A stretch of DNA of 64,000 nucleotides, from assembly GCA_034520885.1 (NCBI GenBank), contig JAXHNE010000008.1:100-64099 (forward strand), given 5' to 3'. This document shows, in pieces, positions 27,019 through 36,984 of this stretch. Each line of letters begins with the position of its first letter. Positions within the stretch are counted from its first letter, which is position 1. The stretch comes from Candidatus Saccharimonadota bacterium. GTDB taxonomy: Bacteria > Patescibacteriota > Saccharimonadia > Saccharimonadales > JAXHNE01. The notes beneath the pieces were generated by a model. It made no database searches. It had not been told where the DNA came from and saw only the letters and a list, made by a program, of their open reading frames with translations. A program made the translations under genes and the position numbers.

Positions 27019-27360
27019 TCATTTTTTTGGGGTTCCAAGTTGGCGTACTACCCCGGTCAACGTGCCCCATACCGCACGATCCATTGCGACCCGGTGCTTG
27101 AGTGATAGGCGAAAGCTCTCCTCCTCCCACCAAATCACCAGGTCGTTTTTACCGGCGGGGCGGGCACGATCAATTACTAGAATGTCCCCGCGTAAAATGC
27201 CGTACTCCCGCCAGTCGTTGTTATGGGCACGGAAAAAGTAGGTGCTTACCGAGTTTTTGATTAAAAGTTTATTAAGATCAAGGGTTTGGATGGCGGTGTC
27301 CGTGGCGGCATTGGGAAAGCCGTCGTGTACGGCCACGCCCTTGGGCTGTTGAAAATACAT
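27019..27360 (-). CDS. umuD: UmuD'-like S24-fold protein, probably non-autocleaving
   Basis: DGFPNAATD..LDLNKLLI..STYFFRA aligns with UmuD CGFPSPAAD..IDLNQLLI..ATYFVKA. Only 13 aa precede the GFP motif. The GDSM nucleophile position reads NNDW. Confidence 0.75.
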   Translation of the reverse strand: MYFQQPKGVAVHDGFPNAATDTAIQTLDLNKLLIKNSVSTYFFRAHNNDWREYGILRGDILVIDRARPAGKNDLVIWWEEESFRLSLKHRVAMDRAVWGTLTGVVRQLGTPKK

Positions 27361-27380
27361 GGCAATTACTCCGTAATTTA

Positions 27381-27412
27381 GAGGGTAGACGTTAGAGGTT
27401 AGAAGTTAGTGG
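27381..27412 (-). repeat. Heptad-periodic G-poor tract (short copy, pyrimidine-rich on - strand)
   Basis: The reverse complement reads CCACTAA CTTCTAA CCTCTAA CGTCTAC CCTCTAA. Confidence 0.6.
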
Positions 27413-27544
27413 AGCCACTTTTAGTGGCTAAAGTCATCCGTTCTGGCTTTGCGCGAAGACGGAAGACGAGTAATTGCTTGTAAAGCCCGTGAGTAGATGG
27501 CCGTTAGACTCATACCCACGCTGCCGACTATTATTATACAACGC

Positions 27545-27943
27545 TCAAGCTAACTGGTCGAGGAATTTTACCAGCTGCTTAGGCGTGACTTCGGCTTTGA
27601 TAATGTAACCGTCGGCTTGTTTTTCAATGGCAGCCCGGTCTTCCTCGGACTGTTCCAGGTTGGTGGTGACGATCACTTTGGCGCGCACCGGACTGGCGTC
27701 TTTGCCGCGGAGTTTCCGCAAAATTTCAAAGCCGGTAAGCGAAGGAATCATGATGTCCAGCAAAATGATGTCGTAGGTGTCGGTCAAGGCCTCCTGCAGG
27801 GCGTCTTTCCCGTCCACCACGATCTTGATGTCATAGCCGGCTTTCCGCATGGCCCGGGCGTAGAGTTCGCTAATAAATCGTTCGTCCTCGATACAGAGTA
27901 TCTTCTTGCCGTTATCCGGCGTTTTTGGCGGTTCGTTTTGCAT
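27545..27943 (-). CDS. Single-domain response regulator (CheY-like)
   Basis: 132-aa REC domain: ILCIEDE, DIILLDIMIP, VTTNL. Confidence 0.85.
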   Translation of the reverse strand: MQNEPPKTPDNGKKILCIEDERFISELYARAMRKAGYDIKIVVDGKDALQEALTDTYDIILLDIMIPSLTGFEILRKLRGKDASPVRAKVIVTTNLEQSEEDRAAIEKQADGYIIKAEVTPKQLVKFLDQLA

Positions 27944-27983
27944 AAGCTCATTGTAACACTAGAAATGAAACAAAAAGCACTGG

Positions 27984-28043
27984 CCTCTTCACCTTCTCTA
28001 ACCCCTAACGTCCAACCTCCAACCTCTAACCCCTAACGTCTAT
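27984..28043 (+). repeat. Heptad-periodic G-poor tract
   Basis: ACCCCTA ACGTCCA ACCTCCA ACCTCTA ACCCCTA ACGTCTA. It overlaps the last codons of the 28033 kinase gene. Confidence 0.7.
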
Positions 28044-29571
28044 AAAGTGAGTGGTTTTTAATCCAGCCGTGCGCGGTGCGTGTCATACCGTCATTGTCGT
28101 CGCCGGCGTTTTCGGCCATGTCATACGGTTGCAGGCCGAACCCGAACGTGCTGCCCTCCTCCGGCTTGGAAGATACCCAAATTTGGCCTCCGTGAGCATT
28201 AACCAGCGACTTGCAAAGGTATAGTCCGAGTCCGCTGCCACCCACTTGGCCTTTGGTGCGGTGATTACGGTAAAACTTTTCGAAAATGTGCGGGACGACA
28301 CTTTCGGGAATACCCACGCCGAAATCTTGCACAGTCGTTTCTACCAGCCCGTCCTTGCCCATACGGGAATTAATGATGATTTTCTTTTCCTCGCCGCTGT
28401 ATTTTATGGCGTTGTCCACCAGATTGTTGATAATCTCGAACACGCTGACTTTATCAATGGCCACCTCCGGGAGGTCGTCATCGATATGTAGCTCCAGCGT
28501 TTTGCCGTTCGTCTTGGCTTTGCTCTGGATTTCGCCCACGATTTCACTTAACGTATCCTTCCAGTCGGCCTTTGCCAAGTGAAGCGTGAGGGCGTTTTCT
28601 TCCACTTTGGCGACGTTTAGAATATTGCCCACGAAGGCGTTGAGTTGGCGGGCGGAAAGATCCATTTTCCGGAGGAAATCTTTCATTTCGTCGTCCAGCT
28701 TCTCATCCAGTTCGTCCACGAAGACTTCGATGTAGCCGCGGAGCATGGTCAGCGGCGTGCGTAATTCGTGGACGGCCAGTGCCACGAAGCCCATGCTGTT
28801 ATCGTCTTGCTGATACCGTTCGGTCCGGTCGAACATGGTCACGATAAATTCCGTACCGGCCGGATTGTCTTTGTTATAGTGCGCTGCCATGTCGCAGCGG
28901 CGATATTTTACGTCGCTGCCAGAGGGTAAAACGATGCGCACCCGTTCCCAGTAGGCGGTATCGGTGACTTTGTTTTTCATGCAACCCTCAATCCAGTTTT
29001 CCAAGGTGTTTTCGCTGGGAAACTCCAGATTGACCGACTCGCTCAGCACTTTGCCGAACAGTTCCGAACTCTCCAGCCCGCAATACTCCAGCCCGATGTC
29101 GCTGGCGTTGGTTACCAATAGTTCTTTATTGAAAACGAACAGCGGCAAGGGCATGTGGCTTACGATGTTGGCCGATTGAATGGTGGTATTCCGGCGCGTG
29201 CCGCTACTGCCTTCGCTTTCCTGGACGCTACTGGCCAGTTGATACACCTGGGCAACCAGATTGCTTACCAGTGTCCGGCCGATCTTTAAATCTTCGGCTC
29301 GGGGCGGCGACTCGTTTTGCGTTTTATCGGAAAGGTGCGTGACCGTACGCCACAGCACATACAACGGGCGCAGAACAACCGAGGAAAGGATCGCTCCGGC
29401 GAGAACACTCAAAATGATACCTATCGCCACGGTGATGCCGGTGGCCGGCACCAGCGAAAAACCGAGCAGCCGCAAGCCGCCGAACGCCCCAAGGCCAATT
29501 AAAAACACTGCTACCATCACTACACCGATAAGGCCGCCGATTCGCCTGCGCAGTGCCGTGAAGTGATCCAC
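28033..29571 (-). CDS. Sensor histidine kinase (2 TM, PAS-like, HisKA, HATPase_c)
   Basis: H-box VHELRTPLTMLRGY, N-box NLVDNAIKYS, and G-boxes DFGVGI and GGSGLGL. Confidence 0.85.
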   Translation of the reverse strand: MDHFTALRRRIGGLIGVVMVAVFLIGLGAFGGLRLLGFSLVPATGITVAIGIILSVLAGAILSSVVLRPLYVLWRTVTHLSDKTQNESPPRAEDLKIGRTLVSNLVAQVYQLASSVQESEGSSGTRRNTTIQSANIVSHMPLPLFVFNKELLVTNASDIGLEYCGLESSELFGKVLSESVNLEFPSENTLENWIEGCMKNKVTDTAYWERVRIVLPSGSDVKYRRCDMAAHYNKDNPAGTEFIVTMFDRTERYQQDDNSMGFVALAVHELRTPLTMLRGYIEVFVDELDEKLDDEMKDFLRKMDLSARQLNAFVGNILNVAKVEENALTLHLAKADWKDTLSEIVGEIQSKAKTNGKTLELHIDDDLPEVAIDKVSVFEIINNLVDNAIKYSGEEKKIIINSRMGKDGLVETTVQDFGVGIPESVVPHIFEKFYRNHRTKGQVGGSGLGLYLCKSLVNAHGGQIWVSSKPEEGSTFGFGLQPYDMAENAGDDNDGMTRTAHGWIKNHSLYRR

Positions 29572-29580
29572 CTTAACTCC

Positions 29581-30720
29581 TTATTTACTAAAACTAATAT
29601 CGCCCGCGGTGACCATAGCGATCCAGGTTTGCCCGGGATTTAGGGCCAATAATTCGCCGTCCTTGGCTTTGAATACGTAGGGGCTTTTGCGGTTTTTCTT
29701 GGACCACGTTCCTACCGTGGCTTTGCCGTCCTGAAACACGGTAACCTTCCCTTTTCCGGTGACGCCGTATATCGAATAAATTCCGTCTTTACGGTAACTC
29801 GTTTCCAGGGCGATAACTACTTCCGGCGTGATTTGCTTGCCGGATTTTTCATCGGTATGCGGTTTATTGGCCATATTTCGTTTATAGGAATTGGATTTTT
29901 TATGGTAGGTGTAGCTGCTGTTGTAGTTAAAGCTGGAAACGTCAATGTTAATTTTGGTGGCCGATGGTTTTTTGGCCGGATCGGCCTCTTTACGGGCGTA
30001 GCCGTCGAATTTACTGGAGGTGAACCCTTTTTCTTTATGCAACTGCAAAAGTTGTTTGCGATTGGTATAAAGGTTATGCGGTGAATAGCGATTGTTGGTT
30101 CGTTGGTAATAGTTGGGGTGATGAGCTTGGTCCAGATCCTTTATCCCCTGTCTTCTGATTTCATCCAGGGCTCGGGCGCTTCCCCCCGCATGAGCAATCG
30201 CGGCGTCGAACGGTGCCAGAAAGTCAAGATAGTGCGTCCGGGCGGAGCGTACCGGTCCGATGGTTTCCGGCTGCGATTCCTGGTACAAAGCCAAAAATCG
30301 GGTTATGCCGCCTTCGGCGAGGGCCTCAAACACCACTCCGGCCTGCTCCAGGCCGGTTTGCGGCCGGGCTTCGGGACTGTTTTCGATCATCACCCCGGTT
30401 ACCGGTAGTTTGGTTTTGGCAATTGACACTTCAACACCGGTCAGGGGTGAGGGCGCGGTAGTCGGCTCCGGTTCTTCCGGCGGTGGGATGTAGGCCGGGA
30501 CGATCGGTTCGGGCTCTTTGATGATTACCCGCAAAGCCGCGGATGTGGCGGCTACTAAAAATACCCCTATGGCTAGCAGAATAAGTACGCGGTATTTTAG
30601 ATCCAAACGCTGCCACGGGGCAATGAGTTCATGCCACTTGGCCAGCCATTTGTTGCGATGCGGAATATGCCCGTTGGTGTTCCCCGCCCGCGGCTCGTGC
30701 TGCGGTGTTTGTTCTTCCAT
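29581..30720 (-). CDS. DUF3048-family membrane-anchored protein
   Basis: N-terminal TM segment, then a VMIENSPEARPQ..FEALAEGGITRFLALY pattern typical of DUF3048/YerB-like proteins. Confidence 0.7.
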   Translation of the reverse strand: MEEQTPQHEPRAGNTNGHIPHRNKWLAKWHELIAPWQRLDLKYRVLILLAIGVFLVAATSAALRVIIKEPEPIVPAYIPPPEEPEPTTAPSPLTGVEVSIAKTKLPVTGVMIENSPEARPQTGLEQAGVVFEALAEGGITRFLALYQESQPETIGPVRSARTHYLDFLAPFDAAIAHAGGSARALDEIRRQGIKDLDQAHHPNYYQRTNNRYSPHNLYTNRKQLLQLHKEKGFTSSKFDGYARKEADPAKKPSATKINIDVSSFNYNSSYTYHKKSNSYKRNMANKPHTDEKSGKQITPEVVIALETSYRKDGIYSIYGVTGKGKVTVFQDGKATVGTWSKKNRKSPYVFKAKDGELLALNPGQTWIAMVTAGDISFSK

Positions 30721-30741
30721 TTCGATTATTGTAGCAGGATT

Positions 30742-32268
30742 TTACGAATTCTCTAATGCTTTGACGGAGGTTTTTAGCCGGGCAAAGGTTTTTTGCTTTC
30801 CCAGTACCGCCAAGGTCTCCGCTAACCCCGGACTGGCCGGTGCCCACGTGGTAGCGATACGAATCAGGCTCAGCAGTACGGCCGGTTTGTGACCGGTGTC
30901 TTCCAGGAGTTGATTGAGCTTGGCCTGCAGGTCATCGGCGGAAAAATCGCTGGTTTCCAGTGCGTTTTCGGTGCGTTGCAGTAAATCTTTTAACTCCGAT
31001 GTGTCAAACTTCTTTAGTTTTTTATGATTTTTTATGAGTGACATGTCAACCGGCAAGTCAGTAAAGAAGAAACGTGTCAACTCTGGCAGTTCCGCAAAGT
31101 ATTTCATGCGCTCCTGTACAAGGCCGAGCACTTGTTTTTTATAAGCTTCACTCGCCTCATCTGCTTCCGCCGGCCAAAAGCTTTGCCCTTCTTCGCTCTC
31201 TGTTCTCCGTTCTCCTGTCTTCAATCCTCTTTGCCCGCTTACGAGCTCATAAAGCTCGTCGAGCTCCATCTGGCGGATAAAATGGCCGTTGGCCCACAGC
31301 AAACGGCGCTGATCAAAACGCGCGCCGCCTTTTTGCACGCGGTCCAGGTCGAACTTGTCGATCAGCTCTTTCGTGGTAAATATTTCTTGTTCGGTACCGT
31401 CATTCCAGCCCAGCGTGGCGATAAAACTAATCAGTGCCTCCGGGAGATAGCCTTCTCGCAGGTAATCCAAAATATCTTTGGCACCGTCGCGTTTGGATAA
31501 CTTTTTATTCCCCTGCTCGTTCATGATCGGCGGCATAGTGGCCAAGATCGGGCGTTCCAGCTTTAAAGCTTCATAAAGGTTTAAGTAATTCGGTACGCTG
31601 GCCAAAAACTCCTGCCCGCGGATTACGTGGCTAATTCGCATTTCGGCGTCGTCCACGATGTGCGCGAAGTTGTAGGTAGGAAAGCCGTCGGATTTTATGA
31701 GCACGAAGTCGTCGACCACTTCCGGCCCGGTGGACATTTCGCCCATGACTTCATCATGCCAGGCGTAGGCTTTGGGATCGGACTTAAACCGGAGTGGCAC
31801 GCCGCCGCGCCCCGTGGCGTATGCTTTGGGGTTCCAGGCGGTGTCGTTTCTTTGTTCTTCGGAAACGAAGTTACGATACAAAAAGGCTTTCTTTTCTTTT
31901 TGGGCTTGCTCGCGAAATTTTTGTACTTCTTCATTGCCGTACGGATCGGCGTAGGCCCGCCCGCTATCCAGGAGCTTTTGTGCCCATTTTTTATAGATAT
32001 CCAGTCGTTCGCTTTGCCGGTACGGGGCGTAGTCGCCGGGCTTATCCGGCCCTTCATCGTAATCCAGTCCCAGGGCGCGTAAGGAATCGCTAATGTGCTG
32101 AGCGGCGCCCTCTACTTCCCGCTTTTGGTCGGTGTCTTCCAGGCGCAGCACGAACTGCCCGCCGGCTTGCCGGGCCAATAACCACGCGAAAAGCGCGGTA
32201 CGAATACCGCCAACATGTAAATAGCCCGTAGGGCTCGGGGCGAATCGTGTACGTACTGCTTTACTCAT
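30742..32268 (-). CDS. gltX: Glutamate--tRNA ligase
   Basis: RTRFAPSPTGYLHVGG (HIGH-type motif) and KLSKR (KMSKS-type motif). Confidence 0.95.
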   Translation of the reverse strand: MSKAVRTRFAPSPTGYLHVGGIRTALFAWLLARQAGGQFVLRLEDTDQKREVEGAAQHISDSLRALGLDYDEGPDKPGDYAPYRQSERLDIYKKWAQKLLDSGRAYADPYGNEEVQKFREQAQKEKKAFLYRNFVSEEQRNDTAWNPKAYATGRGGVPLRFKSDPKAYAWHDEVMGEMSTGPEVVDDFVLIKSDGFPTYNFAHIVDDAEMRISHVIRGQEFLASVPNYLNLYEALKLERPILATMPPIMNEQGNKKLSKRDGAKDILDYLREGYLPEALISFIATLGWNDGTEQEIFTTKELIDKFDLDRVQKGGARFDQRRLLWANGHFIRQMELDELYELVSGQRGLKTGERRTESEEGQSFWPAEADEASEAYKKQVLGLVQERMKYFAELPELTRFFFTDLPVDMSLIKNHKKLKKFDTSELKDLLQRTENALETSDFSADDLQAKLNQLLEDTGHKPAVLLSLIRIATTWAPASPGLAETLAVLGKQKTFARLKTSVKALENS

Positions 32269-32319
32269 TACAGGCTAGTATGCCACAAACAGAGGTAATT
32301 TGTCACGAGATGTACGACG

Positions 32320-32351
32320 GGGGTGTTATATAACTAGTTATATAACACCCC
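32320..32351. promoter_or_regulatory. 32-bp perfect palindrome GGGGTGTTATATAACTAGTTATATAACACCCC (family copy 2 of 4)
   Basis: It contains the 24-bp core. It lies 51 nt upstream of the gltX ATG, directly after a terminator in the - strand sense. Confidence 0.5.
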
Positions 32352-32352
32352 G

Positions 32353-32387
32353 AAAAACACCCACGTGAATAAGCGTGGGTGTTTTTT
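32353..32387. terminator. Bidirectional intrinsic terminator
   Basis: AAAAA + CACCCACG / CGTGGGTG + TTTTTT. Confidence 0.55.
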
Positions 32388-32469
32388 ACATAACTTAGCT
32401 GTTATTCTGCGAACAATTTGTTCGGAAAGAGTTTGGAGCTCACTCGCCACCCATTTTTTACTTATTACT

Positions 32470-32665
32470 TTCCCCATCTTCCATCTTCTAGCCGTTGCAT
32501 TCAATCCCCATTCCCCAATCTTCCATCTGTCATAACTATCACCTATTATCTATCATCTATTAACTATTAATTCTCACCTATGCGGCTTTGCCGCACTCAC
32601 CCATTGCGACGAAGTCACTTGCCATATTCCATCTTCTAAATTCCATCTTCCAACTACTAACCCCT
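32470..32665 (+). repeat. Heptad-periodic G-poor tract with embedded small hairpins
   Basis: TCTTCCA TCTTCTA ... TAACTAT CACCTAT TATCTAT CATCTAT TAACTAT TAATTCT. It contains TGCGGCTTTGCCGCA and CCATTGCGACGAAGTC. Confidence 0.7.
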
Positions 32666-33701
32666 AAAGACCGCTGGCGATTCGTAAAAGCTGGTCGGTG
32701 TTCAACGAGGACTCGCCTTCTACTTGAAACCAGACGCCACCGCTGACCCAAGTGGCGTTGTTGTCACCGTAAATATAAATGGTTTTGCCTTTGTCCTGTA
32801 CGGTTTGGAACGGCCGGTCGGAAGCTTGCACGTAGTTTTCCAGCAGTGCCTGGCTGTTCCAGTCGGAGTTTTGTTGCACGATCTTAAAATTGCGGTCATC
32901 GGCGGAATTGGATTGGTAGGAAAGCGCGATTTGTCCGGTGCTGTATTCGATCGGTCCGGACAAGTCAAAGCCGGCCGGTTCGTAGCCCGGTAACTTGGCT
33001 TCCACGCCGGCCCGTGTGGCGGCTAGTTGCACCGCTAGCGTGGGAAGGTGCTGTTTGGCAAAAAGCCCGCCAACGCTCAGAACCAACAAAACGCCCAGTC
33101 CGGTGGACAATGCGCGCGGGCTAATACGTAATTTCCGGGAAGCTCGCTCCCGGAAGGTTAACTTGCTGGGAGCCGGTTGTTCGTGGCTGTTGGCACGCTG
33201 CAAGGCCATGTCGAAGGGCGAAAGCGGCAGGACGCTCCGCTTGGCGGGCTCTGGTTCCGCGCTCGTGTCTTGTGCTGGTTGTTCGGGCGGCGGTGATTTG
33301 ATTTCCATCGGCTGGGTACTGGTTTTGGCCTGAAACTTGGCCACGTGCGGGTGTTTTTGCACTTGCTGAGCGCGTGAAACGCGAGCTTGGTCGGGCTGCA
33401 TGGTTCGCTTGGCTATCGGCCGGGACGGCGTAGTGTTTGCCTCGGATGACAAAGCCGGCTTTGCGAGACCTTGCCGACGCAAAGTTTTGGATTTATTCAC
33501 TTTGTTGTGTACGGCGTGGGAAGGAGTCGGCGTTTTCGGCGTCACCGTTTTTTGTGGTGCGATGCGGCGCACGGGGGTGAACCCATCGACCGAACGCGGT
33601 TTGTCGACCCCGGCGTTATTAGCCACTCGCCCCAGTTGCTCGCCGGTGCGAGCGTCGTACTTATATCCGTTTAATTCAATTGTATCGTTTTGTGTTGTCA
33701 C
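32664..33701 (-). CDS. Hypothetical single-pass membrane protein (basic/Pro-rich N-half, globular C-half)
   Basis: 345-aa ORF with the TM segment LGVLLVLSVGGLFA. No confident domain. Confidence 0.5.
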   Translation of the reverse strand: MTTQNDTIELNGYKYDARTGEQLGRVANNAGVDKPRSVDGFTPVRRIAPQKTVTPKTPTPSHAVHNKVNKSKTLRRQGLAKPALSSEANTTPSRPIAKRTMQPDQARVSRAQQVQKHPHVAKFQAKTSTQPMEIKSPPPEQPAQDTSAEPEPAKRSVLPLSPFDMALQRANSHEQPAPSKLTFRERASRKLRISPRALSTGLGVLLVLSVGGLFAKQHLPTLAVQLAATRAGVEAKLPGYEPAGFDLSGPIEYSTGQIALSYQSNSADDRNFKIVQQNSDWNSQALLENYVQASDRPFQTVQDKGKTIYIYGDNNATWVSGGVWFQVEGESSLNTDQLLRIASGL

Positions 33702-33827
33702 GTTTCGCCAGTACCCTCTTTGCGCTATTAGGTGATATCTTATCGCGAATAGTAAGCGATAGCAATACTAAAACAGGGAGACATGATGGAAAGATCGAAC
33801 ATTTTCCAGTACAATAATGGTTAGGTC

Positions 33828-35312
33828 ATGGACTTTTTAGATCCGAAAAAACGAAAAAAACATAATAGAAGAATTCTCGTCGGCTACGGGCTGATTGCCG
33901 TATTGATAGGGATGGTTTCTATTCTATTGCTTTTGCAGGCGTACGGCTATACCTACAACGTGCGCACCGGGGACGTTTCCCAGAACGGCTTACTGTTCGT
34001 TGACGCCCAACCCCGACCGGCAACTTTGTACCTAAATGACGAATTCAAGGGGCAAACCGATAAACGCATGGTACTAAAACAGGGTCCTTACGATTTATCC
34101 CTGCAGCGCGAAGGCTATCACAACTGGGAGCGCTCCATGACGCTCAAAGGGGGCGAGATCGAGCGCTTCCAATACCCGTTTTTGTTCCCGGCGGAAGTTG
34201 AATCCAATGATACGGAGCTGTTTTCCAAACGCCCGGATTTCGTCACGCAGAGCCTCGATCGCCGGTGGTTGGTCGTACGATTACCCGGGGGGTCGCTAAA
34301 TAATTTCGAAACGTTAGACCTTAACAGTGATACGATTGTCCCCGCCAGTTTCACGCTGCCAAACGGAGTGTTAACCTCCGCCGGCGGGACGCATCGTTTT
34401 GAACCGGTAGAATGGTCGACGAATAATCGCCATTTCATTATGTTGCACCGTTACGAAGGCGGGCGGGAATATATTTTGGTTGATCGCCAGCGGCCCGCCC
34501 AGTCGCTGAACCTTACGGAGGAAATCGACACTTCGTTTTCCGATTTGCGTCTGCGTGATAAATCACACGACAGCTACTACCTGTATTCCGACTCCCGAAA
34601 CACCCTGCGCCGCTACGACTTGGACGATGACGACCTCACTCCCGTTCTGACCAATGTTTTAGCCTATCAATCGCATGGCGATGACGAGATTCTGTACGTA
34701 ACCGATAGCGGGCGCTCCGACTCCGATACCGTGAGCTTGCGCATGGTGGAAAACGGCGAAACTTTTACGATACGCGACTTCCCAAGAAGCGAACGCTATC
34801 TGCTGGAACTTGCCACGTACGACGGTAGCTGGTATATGGTCGCCGGCCCCTCCGCCGAAGAGCGAGTATACGTATTTCAGGATCCTTTGGACGTATTGCG
34901 GCACAATCCGGACGCCAAAATCGTGCCCGAAGCGGTGTTACGCGTGGCGAATGCCAGTAGTGTGAAGTTTTCCCAAAACACCAGGGTGATCGCCGCGCAA
35001 AGTGGTTCCCGGGTGGGCGTGTATGACGCGGAGCGCGAAAACACCCACCACTACGATACCGAGCTGGCGATTGATAATTCCGTCGAATTCGAATGGATGG
35101 ACGGGCATCGCTTAACGGCCATCGTGGACGGCACGCAGCAAGTGTTCGATTTTGACGGCACCAACCGCAGGCCTTTGGGTGGCGGTTACGATGACACCTC
35201 GCCATTTTTTAATACCAACTACACAGCGGTGTTTACGGTTGCCCCGTCTGCCGATGTGGAGGGGCGCAGCACGCTGCAACGCAGCGAACTGTTAACCGAA
35301 GCCGACCGGTAA
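33828..35312 (+). CDS. Membrane-anchored PEGA-domain protein
   Basis: N-terminal TM segment, a PEGA-like module (ATLYLNDEFKGQT...GPYDLSLQREGYHNWE), and a long beta-rich C-terminal region. Confidence 0.6.
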   Translation: MDFLDPKKRKKHNRRILVGYGLIAVLIGMVSILLLLQAYGYTYNVRTGDVSQNGLLFVDAQPRPATLYLNDEFKGQTDKRMVLKQGPYDLSLQREGYHNWERSMTLKGGEIERFQYPFLFPAEVESNDTELFSKRPDFVTQSLDRRWLVVRLPGGSLNNFETLDLNSDTIVPASFTLPNGVLTSAGGTHRFEPVEWSTNNRHFIMLHRYEGGREYILVDRQRPAQSLNLTEEIDTSFSDLRLRDKSHDSYYLYSDSRNTLRRYDLDDDDLTPVLTNVLAYQSHGDDEILYVTDSGRSDSDTVSLRMVENGETFTIRDFPRSERYLLELATYDGSWYMVAGPSAEERVYVFQDPLDVLRHNPDAKIVPEAVLRVANASSVKFSQNTRVIAAQSGSRVGVYDAERENTHHYDTELAIDNSVEFEWMDGHRLTAIVDGTQQVFDFDGTNRRPLGGGYDDTSPFFNTNYTAVFTVAPSADVEGRSTLQRSELLTEADR

Positions 35313-35351
35313 GGCCGCTCGCTTTAAAACGGCGCGCATAGTTTTCGCTTA

Positions 35352-36593
35352 TTAGAACAACCAGTCGGTGAAACGTTGCCATAAGGACGGCGCGTTAGAA
35401 GGAAGGACTTCCGGCTCCGCGGCGGTGGTACGTGTCGTAGCCGAACTTTGGGTATTTTCGTCGGGATCGGGCGAGATCTGTTCGGCAATCACCACTAACC
35501 GGTTTATGGCCGTACCGGGCGGGTCACAGGTAATCAGGGTCATGGTGGCCTCGCGATCGGTGTTTCCCAGCACCGAAACCTCGCTGGGTTTTACTATTTT
35601 TTTATCGTAAACTTCGTAGACGTAGCGCGTGCCGTCTTTGTGTACGAAAAAGGTGTCTCCCGATTCCAGCTGCTTCAGTTGTACGAACACGTATTTATAA
35701 TCGCCCTCGTTAAAGATGTTGTTGCTGGAGTGGCCGAAAATAACCGAATTACCCCGTTCGCCGGGCTCCGGCGTGGTAGCGTAGTGCAATACGCCGTCTT
35801 CCAGGGATTCTTGCACGGCGTCCTCGGCAATCGATTCTTGATCGTATACCACCGGTACCTCAATGTTAATTTTGGGGATGATCAGTTTGGGCTCCGGTCC
35901 CACTTCCCCGCCTTCTTCTAAAATCAACGGGGTGGCGCCAATGGCGTGGCTGGGTTTTATGAACGGTACCAGGACGCGTTCGTTAAAAAACCCGAACATC
36001 ATAATCGCGACCGCAATGAACCCCGAAATAAGCCCGAATTTGAGCGACGATTTATGGTGCGTCGCTTTGTTCTCGCGCTGGGAGCGAGCGCTCACCTTTT
36101 GTTTTATATCGTTTTTTATTTTGGCCGGCGTTCGCCGTGGCGGCTCGTAGGCCGGCAAAGTTTCCGGCGCGGTATGGTGCGGGCGCGAGGCGGCGGTTTG
36201 GACTTTCGGGGTTGGTTTGGCGGAAGACGCCTGGTTGTAATTGGCGTAAAATTCTTGCCATACCTGGTGTTTTTCTTCGTCGGGCAGATTTACGTAGTAG
36301 TTATGCCACGCGGTCTGGATTTCCGCCAGGGGCTTTCCCGAAACGCTTAAATCATGCATGAACTGTTGGTGTTTGGAGCGCCGTCCGTGATGAGCTTTGT
36401 CTTCGGAAAGTTCTTTTTGGGCTCTTGGCTCTTGGTCGTACAGTGTATTGAGCTTTTCACGGATCAGATTTATGGCGCTTTCGTCGCTGAGTGCCGGCTC
36501 GGTATCTTCATGCAGCGGCCGTATCACCTTTTCTTTCTTGGAAGGCAGGGCGTGGTTCTTCGGGTCGTGGTTATCGTGATCTTCGGGTGGCAT
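35352..36593 (-). CDS. Sortase-family transpeptidase with long N-terminal extension
   Basis: Catalytic signature FGHS ... MTLITCDPPGT ... NRLVV, with a TM segment before the domain. Confidence 0.8.
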   Translation of the reverse strand: MPPEDHDNHDPKNHALPSKKEKVIRPLHEDTEPALSDESAINLIREKLNTLYDQEPRAQKELSEDKAHHGRRSKHQQFMHDLSVSGKPLAEIQTAWHNYYVNLPDEEKHQVWQEFYANYNQASSAKPTPKVQTAASRPHHTAPETLPAYEPPRRTPAKIKNDIKQKVSARSQRENKATHHKSSLKFGLISGFIAVAIMMFGFFNERVLVPFIKPSHAIGATPLILEEGGEVGPEPKLIIPKINIEVPVVYDQESIAEDAVQESLEDGVLHYATTPEPGERGNSVIFGHSSNNIFNEGDYKYVFVQLKQLESGDTFFVHKDGTRYVYEVYDKKIVKPSEVSVLGNTDREATMTLITCDPPGTAINRLVVIAEQISPDPDENTQSSATTRTTAAEPEVLPSNAPSLWQRFTDWLF

Positions 36594-36864
36594 AAACAGG
36601 TACGATTATAGTACAATGTCGCTTGCAATTACTAGTGAGCCGGAGTGGAAAGGCTAGTAAGTTTATCCCGTCTGGATGGGGCCGCGGTGGCGGATCCACG
36701 CCACAAATCTTGACGCTTCACAATCTGATTGCAGACTGTTTCGCTCAGGATTTGTAGCAGGATAAAGTTGCTTGTCCTCCGAAGCCTCGGCGAAGGAGGA
36801 GTATACGCGTACGACTGCCTACTCCGCCGTAGCTATGTTTTGGCAATAGCTTAACTTAACAAAT

Positions 36865-36949
36865 GGCGCTGTGATGGAATTGGTAGACATGCACGACTCA
36901 AAATCGTGTGGGGAGACCCGTGTCGGTTCGACTCCGACCAGCGCCACCA
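36865..36949 (+). tRNA. tRNA-Leu (anticodon CAA), CCA encoded
   Basis: Type II tRNA. The acceptor is GGCGCTG/CAGCGCC, the anticodon loop is CTCAAAA, there is a long variable arm, and the T-arm is GTCGGTTCGACTCCGAC. Confidence 0.9.
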
Positions 36950-36984
36950 AACACGTAAACTCCACCAAAGGGCTTCATTTAGAG

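Noticed and set aside
36600-36864. Hairpin-rich interval upstream of tRNA-Leu, considered as SRP/4.5S or 6S RNA.
   Set aside because: The conserved SRP helix-8 motifs (GGAA tetraloop context, AGCAGCC) and the 6S-like central bubble could not be identified by eye. Left unannotated pending a covariance-model scan.
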